DNA of 64,000 bases from NCBI GenBank assembly GCA_945903305.1, contig CAMDOA010000007.1, forward strand, positions 1,027 to 65,026. The letters are read 5' to 3'. The DNA is from Chitinophaga pinensis. Its GTDB lineage: Bacteria > Bacteroidota > Bacteroidia > Chitinophagales > UBA10324. This document shows, piece by piece, positions 58,801 to 64,000 of the stretch. Positions within the stretch are counted from its first letter, which is position 1; each line of letters starts with the position of its first letter. Both the position numbers and the translations under genes were made by a program. Under the pieces are notes generated by a model. The model did not search any database, had not been told where the DNA came from, and saw only the letters and a program-made list of their open reading frames with translations.

Positions 58801-58846
58801 CAATAGCAAACAACTGCATTAAGGCTTTTAAAATCTTATCGCTCAT
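55805..58846 (-). CDS. fused ABC transporter (ATPase plus ABC-2-type permease) with a roughly 250-aa N-terminal extension
   Basis: Walker A GNSGAGKTTLL (about residue 286), signature SGGQRKRL, Walker B LFVDEPTSGLS. Multiple C-terminal TM helices. Confidence 0.85.
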   Translation of the reverse strand: MSDKILKALMQLFAIVANREEVGNKGRDIVERFLKRQLSANFVQQYLLTFDSFLEQLTGKSEEGKNKKRISVNSVKVLRICTDINKELDHKQKIIVLIRLLEYVKASTLEINEQHLEFLKTVAEVFSIDEINYDNCLYLTGISLDKLPHAEKLFLLIDKNAESDDKSFHIQKENLSGEILFLFFKEHNFFVFRYNGSDQLFLNGRAIVPNAVGVVDVFEQGSVIRGSKLNSVFYNDILHQFIGSDLSKQIQFEVKELGYSFRNNKIGLHDLTFSASSGNLVSIMGNSGAGKTTLLTLLNGSIKPTKGKILINGTDLHSNKNNLHVWIGNIPQDDLLIEELTVFQNLFFSAKLYFGKLSNEEIEQKVNDCLISLGLFESKDLTVGDPLNKFISGGQRKRLNIALELIRQPEILFVDEPTSGLSSNDAENVMDLLKQLSLSGKLVFVVIHQPSSAIFKLFDKLLLLDTGGFPIFYGNPVDSLSYFKQQMNFVDFDNSECVECGNINPEENFKIIESKTVDEYGRSTTERKISSAEWYRLFNENFVKTSTEKKSIYSQIAAPVSKVSGAFIQYLVYFKRNFLAKIYNRQYLAITLIEGPLLALILAVALRSHAPGEEYRFGNNPNIPVYIFICTIVALFLGLIVSAEEIIHDKKILKRESFLRLSRSSYLFSKITFLFLVSAIQTVLFLLVGNLILEVSDLFYDYWLILFSVSCFANVLGLNISSGLKTRVAVYILIPFLVIPQIMLSGVMVKFEDLSPAVSSQSKVPLIGNIMASRWAYEALAVDQFKNNDYEKPYFEYDKIMSNTTYRKDWWPGLMQTQLRNAELFVRSHNSSNDSLKLISSFIKNEFAEVQNEFPKINMVMLEKLDMATNPEFFILCNRNMDSINKFLIKEYNSASDRKQQLLNAGVQQMGDDQLFVEFKEKHFNEKLEEYAKSTLGTPKILMAENKIIRRFEPVFYNASSKGMLSAPFFSYSKSFFRIEMDTFWFNLIIIWIMTLTLYITLYFDWLRKILER

Positions 58847-58918
58847 TGTTGTTTGCTGTTAACGGATGAGCCTGAAGGCTCAGATAAAAGGAAATCGTAG
58901 ATTGGTGTTATGCTCAAA

Positions 58919-59788
58919 TTACTTAATGAGCTTGTCTCTGATAATTTTAAACATGCCGATAGTTTTGTCAATAGTTTCAGGAGTATAATCGTCAGTTGAT
59001 TTAATTAAATCATCGTACGATTTTTTCAATTTCTCCAGACTGATCATTAAATCTTTTGAATCTTTATCGGTATATTCTTTATATAAATTGATGAGGTGGT
59101 AGATGTATAATTTCTGATTGTAAACTTTTTCAAATAGTTTTTGATTCTCAGCAGTTTTCGGAACATCACGAATCAGGTTTAAACTCAGGTAATTAATTTC
59201 TATTAATGCGCCAGCAAGCACATGGCTCGCTGCAAGGTAGCGCTCATTCTTTTTTAAATAATTATCGGTTTCGGCAAATGCATGATCAATTAAAGCAATA
59301 ACTGAATCTTTGTTTGATGAATTCTGGCTGAAGCGATTGGCGAATAAATCAAATGCCTGATTGATGTTTAATTCTTTGGCAATTTTTTTTGTAGCCGAAT
59401 AGTAATTCAACAATTCCTGATTCTGACCATAAAAATTTATGTACGATAAATCAATACTGTAAATACCGTAATTAACTTCTTGTTTGAATGCCGAAATGTA
59501 GTTGCTCACATTGCTTGAAGGGTTCAGCAATTCCACTTTGAATGGCGCTTTGTAACTGTATATGTCATTTACAATTTCAAACGGCGAAGGTAAATTCGCT
59601 TCGGTCATGGCGAATTTAAATTCAATGGATTGTTTTTTTTCTTCAGAAAGTGAATCAATGCGATTTGCATCGGAGAGCGATGAATCGGTATTAACTACTT
59701 TGTTTTCAGTGGCGCTGTTGTTGCACGATGCAAGAATTAATAATGAAAAGGCTGAAACAAGGAAGGAATTTGAAATTAATCGCAGCAT
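58919..59788 (-). CDS. lipoprotein of unknown function
   Basis: The ATG at 59786-59788 gives MLRLISNSFLVSAFSLLILASC, a lipobox. It lies 72 bp upstream of the ABC gene on the same strand. Confidence 0.55.
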   Translation of the reverse strand: MLRLISNSFLVSAFSLLILASCNNSATENKVVNTDSSLSDANRIDSLSEEKKQSIEFKFAMTEANLPSPFEIVNDIYSYKAPFKVELLNPSSNVSNYISAFKQEVNYGIYSIDLSYINFYGQNQELLNYYSATKKIAKELNINQAFDLFANRFSQNSSNKDSVIALIDHAFAETDNYLKKNERYLAASHVLAGALIEINYLSLNLIRDVPKTAENQKLFEKVYNQKLYIYHLINLYKEYTDKDSKDLMISLEKLKKSYDDLIKSTDDYTPETIDKTIGMFKIIRDKLIK

Positions 59789-59968
59789 AATTGGGTTGTG
59801 TTTCGACAAAAATAGAAATGAAAAGCAGATAAAATAATTCAAAAGAAAATAATTACGGACCCACAAAATACACAAGGCCAATGCAATCAACTTTTAAAAT
59901 ATTGCTACTTTTATTTTTAATTCAGTATTAAATGTGGAGGCACTTATTATTTTAGCGACTGTTAAACC

Positions 59969-60562
59969 ATGGAATTCGAAAAGGCAAGCCACTACATACA
60001 GGAAGTTTTAAAAACACAACTTTCGCCGCTGTTATTTTATCATAGTTATGACCACACAATGGGAGTTTTAAAAGCTGCTGTTGAAATTGCAAACAATGAA
60101 AATATTCAAAGTGAAGAAGATTTGATATTGTTAAAAACCGCTGCATTGTATCACGACTGTGGTTTTATAAATGCCTATGAAAATCATACCGAGGAAGCGG
60201 CCTGTGTAATTGTAAATGAAGTATTACCAGGTTTTGGTTACAACCGTGCGCAGATTGAAATTATTTGCCAGCTGATTATGAAAACCAAAATGCCGCAGCA
60301 GCCTGAAACGCATTTAGAAAAAATATTATGCGATGCGGATTTGAGTTATCTGGGGCACGATAATTTTGTAAAAATCGGGAATAAATTATTTCAGGAATTA
60401 AATGCAATGGGAAAAAGCATTGATGAAAAGGAGTGGAACATTATGCAGATAGATTTTTTACAAACGCATCATTACTGGACTGCCACTGCTATATCGAACA
60501 GAGAAAAGATAAAAGCCGAACACCTGAAGCGGCTTCAAGAAATGGTGCTGATAAATAAATAA
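59969..60562 (+). CDS. HD-domain phosphohydrolase
   Basis: 197 aa with YHSYDHT...AALYHDCGF and CDADLSYLG. Confidence 0.8.
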   Translation: MEFEKASHYIQEVLKTQLSPLLFYHSYDHTMGVLKAAVEIANNENIQSEEDLILLKTAALYHDCGFINAYENHTEEAACVIVNEVLPGFGYNRAQIEIICQLIMKTKMPQQPETHLEKILCDADLSYLGHDNFVKIGNKLFQELNAMGKSIDEKEWNIMQIDFLQTHHYWTATAISNREKIKAEHLKRLQEMVLINK

Positions 60563-62491
60563 TCAACTTTCCACAAAGTACATATCAATCTGCCCCTTAT
60601 TCTTCGCTTCAATTTTACCACGATGGGTGCAGGTGAATTTATCTTTTATCAATTCATAAGTGGTGCCTGAAATATTTACTTTCTCAATTTGGCCGCTGCT
60701 TTCCATTCGAGAAGCGGTGTTTACAGTATCGCCCCAAATATCATAAGCGAATTTTTTTATCCCAACAATTCCTGCTACAACTGTTCCAGTATGTATGCCC
60801 AAACGCAAATCAAAGTAGGGTTCATTATTTTTTATTCTTTCTGATTTATGTTCGATAATGAATTGCTGCATTTCCAAACCAGCTCGAACTACATCTTCAG
60901 CATGAGTTGCATTCGGTACCGGCAATCCACCAACACACATGTAACTGTCGCCGATGGTTTTTATTTTTTCTATTCCGTGTCGGGTGATAATTCTGTCGAA
61001 CTCGCTGTAGCAATAATTTATTTCAGCCACTAATTCATCTGGAGTCAGGATTTCACTGGCTTGAGTAAAATTTTTAAAGTCGGTAAACATGACTGAAACC
61101 GAATCGAAACTTTTTGCTTTTGCCGTTCCGGTAGCTTTTAATTCTTCAGCAGTTTCTTCAGGTAAAATATTCAGCAGCAATTCATCGCTTCTTTTTTTAC
61201 CCAGCTTAATCTTATTCCGCTGACGGAAAAATATTCCGGCGAATATCAGTACCACTGCAAATCCGCCTATAAAACTATTGCGAACAATTTTTTGTCGTCT
61301 GATTTCCTGCTCCTGAATTTCTTTATCCTTGGTGAGCAAATTAATTTCCGATTGTTTTTTATGTATGTCGAAATCAAACTGCAGTGAACCGAGTTTTTTA
61401 TCGGTATCAATATTATACAGTGTGTCCTTTGTACTGGTTAAAAGTAGTTGATAAGTGAACGCATTTTTATAATCGTTCAGTTTGTTATAAGAATAAGCGA
61501 GCCCCTCATAAATTGTTTTCAATTCATAACTGGCCGAACTGATAGAGAGGGAAATGGATTCGGCATTTTTATAATTTGAAACTGACTCTTTATAATTTCC
61601 TTCTTCCTGTTGTGCTTTCGCTAAACCCATTAACGATTGTGTCATGTATAACTTCGAATCGTTTTTTTGAGCAATGGCAAACGCATCTGAATGATATTTT
61701 TCAGCTGTTTTATAATCTTTTCGCATTAAATAAACTTTGCCAATGTCGTTCAATGCATACGGATATTCTTCGGTTCCTTCATAAGCGCTGAGTGCCAGTT
61801 CAAAATAATAAAGGGCTGAGTCATCCATTTTTTTGGCAAGATAAATTTCTCCGATACCTACTGTAACGGTGCCGAGAATATCAGCATCATCCAACATCCT
61901 ACTGTAAGGCAATGCTTTTAAATAATATACAAGGGCTTTGTCGAGCGTTTGTTTTTTGTTTTGATATACATTGCCAATATTGATTAGTGCGGTTGTTATT
62001 CGGAAATTGTTTTTAATTTCTTCAGCCAAAAAAAGCGATCGCAGATAATATTCAAGTGCTTTAACATCTTCGCTTCTGACAAAATAAACCGACCCGATAC
62101 TGTTTGCAATATTCGATTCTCCAACTTTATCATTAATTGAATTAAAAATATCTATTGATTGCTCAAAAGAAAGTAATGATTCAATAAAATTTTCCTGCTG
62201 GTAATAATAAATTCCAATAAATTTTAAAGCATATGCTTTTCCTCTTTTAAAATCAATTTTATCTGCCAGTTCTGATGCTTTTAATCCAGCTTCAAGTGCT
62301 TCCTTTTTATTTTCTCCTATATATAATTTACATAGTTCAATGAGGGTATTGACTTTTGTTGTGTCATCTTTTTGTCTGGCAATAACATTTTTCAAACTGT
62401 CAATTTCATTGCTTTGACCAAAGCATAAAACCGAAAACAATTGCGTGGAGAGGATTAATAAAAGGCTGAATTTTTTCATTAAAGTTTTCAA
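60563..62491 (-). CDS. TPR-repeat sensor fused to a class III adenylate/guanylate cyclase domain
   Basis: Signal peptide, about seven TPR-like repeats and one TM helix (FIGGFAVVLIFAGIFF). The cyclase domain has VMFTDFKNFT, KTIGDSYMCVGG, LGIHTG and YDIWGDTVNTASRMES. Confidence 0.85.
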   Translation of the reverse strand: MKTLMKKFSLLLILSTQLFSVLCFGQSNEIDSLKNVIARQKDDTTKVNTLIELCKLYIGENKKEALEAGLKASELADKIDFKRGKAYALKFIGIYYYQQENFIESLLSFEQSIDIFNSINDKVGESNIANSIGSVYFVRSEDVKALEYYLRSLFLAEEIKNNFRITTALINIGNVYQNKKQTLDKALVYYLKALPYSRMLDDADILGTVTVGIGEIYLAKKMDDSALYYFELALSAYEGTEEYPYALNDIGKVYLMRKDYKTAEKYHSDAFAIAQKNDSKLYMTQSLMGLAKAQQEEGNYKESVSNYKNAESISLSISSASYELKTIYEGLAYSYNKLNDYKNAFTYQLLLTSTKDTLYNIDTDKKLGSLQFDFDIHKKQSEINLLTKDKEIQEQEIRRQKIVRNSFIGGFAVVLIFAGIFFRQRNKIKLGKKRSDELLLNILPEETAEELKATGTAKAKSFDSVSVMFTDFKNFTQASEILTPDELVAEINYCYSEFDRIITRHGIEKIKTIGDSYMCVGGLPVPNATHAEDVVRAGLEMQQFIIEHKSERIKNNEPYFDLRLGIHTGTVVAGIVGIKKFAYDIWGDTVNTASRMESSGQIEKVNISGTTYELIKDKFTCTHRGKIEAKNKGQIDMYFVES

Positions 62492-62552
62492 ATAGAAACT
62501 GAATGCAATATGAACATTTATGAATAAATAATTAAATACTTTTTATTGCAGC

Positions 62553-62583
62553 AAAAAAAAGAGGGAATGAAAATCATTCCCTC
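62553..62583 (-). terminator. rho-independent terminator
   Basis: Stem gagggaatga / tcattccctc with loop aaa at 62561-62583, followed on the minus strand by T8. Confidence 0.8.
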
Positions 62584-62606
62584 CCCAATATTCATTAAAA
62601 AATTTA

Positions 62607-64000
62607 TTACTGTTTTATAATTTTTATCAGTTCAAATTCATCATGTGTCTTTACTTGGATAAAATATAATCCCGAAGAAAACTTTGATAAATCAACCACC
62701 AATCCTTCAGGTGAAATAGAAGAAATAGATTCGAGTGAATATTTTTTTCCGGCCACATCAAACAATTCAATTTTATTTTCAGCAATTGTTTCACTTGATA
62801 TAATCAGAACTTTATCATTCGTTGGATTCGGATAAACAGTAATAGTAGATTGAGATTCACTCAACACATTTCCATTTTCATCTTCACGGCAACTGAGATT
62901 AACTGTGATTGATTTAGAACGAACAATAGAAGAACCGCATGAATTATTTGCCTTTACGGTAATCGTTGCAGTTGTTGAAGTAGCGGTTGTGAATTTAACT
63001 GTAACTGAAGTTCCGGTCGTTGATCCAACAAATTGAGCACCTCCTGAAATTGTCCATGTGTATGATGAGGCACCGGATACATTGGCAATTGAATAGTTAA
63101 CTGAAGTTTGACTTTTGCAAACAGAACTTGATCCGGTAATTGTTCCAGGTTGATTTGGTGTTGGAAAAACAGCCAGACAAGTTTGAGTACTTGATCCGCA
63201 AGCATTATTTGCCTTTACACAAACGCTACCGCCTACTGAAAATCCACCACCAAATGTTACAGTTATTTGAGTGCCGCTGTTATTGGTAATTGAAGCGCCA
63301 ACAGGTACTGTCCAGGTATATGATGCAGCGCCTGCTACAGCAGCAATGGTATATTTTTTTCCATTTGCATTACACAAATTTGAAGTAGGTCCATTGATTG
63401 CACCGGGAGATGAAAGTGGGGTAGTGCCAACAACCGCAGCTGCAGATTTTGTACATCCTTTAGAATCTGTTACAAGAACAGAATAATTTCCGGAGGAAAT
63501 ATTCGAAGCTGTTTGAGTGGTTTTATTTCCTGGAGTCCATAAGTAAGCATATGCAGGTGTTCCTCCGGATACAGAAACAGTAGCACTTCCATTTGATGTT
63601 CCGCAAGTTGCTGGAGTGGTTGAAGTTGATAATGTTATTTCAGTTGGAACAACAATAGTAGCTGAATTTGATGCAGTGCACCCGTTGGCATCTGTCACTA
63701 TATAGTTATAATTTCCTGCAGAAAGATTAGTAGTAGCAGTAGCATTATAAGTGTAAGGACTTGTTCCACCACTTGCAAATCTGCTTATACTACCTGTTTG
63801 TCCAAAACAATTTGGTTGTGTTGGAGTTGTTGTTAAAATTAATTGTGACGGTGCAGCATTTATTGATGCTGTTGTTGAAGCTGTGCATCCATTCGCATCA
63901 GTAACTGTGTATGAATAATTTCCAGCTGCAAGATTAGTAGTTGCATTTGTTCCAAAATTATAAGCGCCTGTTCCACCGTTTGCATTTAGTGTTACACTTC
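62607..64000 (-). CDS. large cell-surface adhesin with SprB-type and PKD-like repeats and a T9SS C-terminal sorting domain (N-terminus beyond window)
   Basis: The track start at 63698 is GTG. Hand check shows the frame stays open to 64000 (...SAGNYNYIVTDANGC...). Repeated G.Y.V.VTD..GC modules, GA.SYTWT modules, and C-terminus VYPNPTNDKV...SSGLYFIQV. Confidence 0.85.
   Translation of the reverse strand, partial: SVTLNANGGTGAYNFGTNATTNLAAGNYSYTVTDANGCTASTTASINAAPSQLILTTTPTQPNCFGQTGSISRFASGGTSPYTYNATATTNLSAGNYNYIVTDANGCTASNSATIVVPTEITLSTSTTPATCGTSNGSATVSVSGGTPAYAYLWTPGNKTTQTASNISSGNYSVLVTDSKGCTKSAAAVVGTTPLSSPGAINGPTSNLCNANGKKYTIAAVAGAASYTWTVPVGASITNNSGTQITVTFGGGFSVGGSVCVKANNACGSSTQTCLAVFPTPNQPGTITGSSSVCKSQTSVNYSIANVSGASSYTWTISGGAQFVGSTTGTSVTVKFTTATSTTATITVKANNSCGSSIVRSKSITVNLSCREDENGNVLSESQSTITVYPNPTNDKVLIISSETIAENKIELFDVAGKKYSLESISSISPEGLVVDLSKFSSGLYFIQVKTHDEFELIKIIKQ

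Overview
Low-GC chromosomal segment, by eye mid-30s % GC, from a Bacteroidota bacterium. Supporting evidence: several T9SS C-terminal sorting domains, a PorP/SprF gene, SprB-type repeats, DUF1573 proteins, TTG/TAnnTTTG promoter boxes and a Bacteroidota-style tmRNA. Most of the window is ordinary housekeeping: prmA, pyrD, rarA, kdsA, queE, folD, lepA, fmt, corA, a lolC/E-type permease, ssrA, a keto-acid dehydrogenase E1 fusion and an aminotransferase. These are interleaved with secreted and outer-membrane proteins. No CRISPR array, rRNA, tRNA, transposase or integrase was seen. Seven things stand out. (1) A ParE-type toxin-antitoxin cassette lies between the live 3' end of a short DnaE2-like polymerase gene and a diverged relic copy of that same 3' end. 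(2) That polymerase gene has no mutasome partners nearby, carries an in-frame GC-rich palindromic element, and has a complete TTG-N19-TATATTTG promoter bracketed by two TGTAnTACA palindromes. (3) A 21-bp phased tandem array of about 9 units, plus a GC-rich structured island, lies upstream of a small HTH gene between lepA and the E1 gene. (4) Thirteen tandem 8-bp TAGTTCAT units lie between two convergent genes. (5) A roughly 8-kb co-directional cluster with a divergent TetR gene encodes carbonic anhydrase, SPFH, amphi-Trp, HPF, zinc-ribbon, DedA, TerC, Usp, DedA-YbaN and YqhA proteins. Its TetR-side intergenic region holds three 21-bp-phased operator-like sites. (6) Two otherwise intact conserved genes, an SBBP/T9SS surface protein and yqhA, are each interrupted by one in-frame TAA. 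(7) A TPR-cyclase gene and an HD-domain gene converge with their stop codons directly abutting. All functional calls come from reading motifs in the supplied translations or from hand translation; no database search was run.
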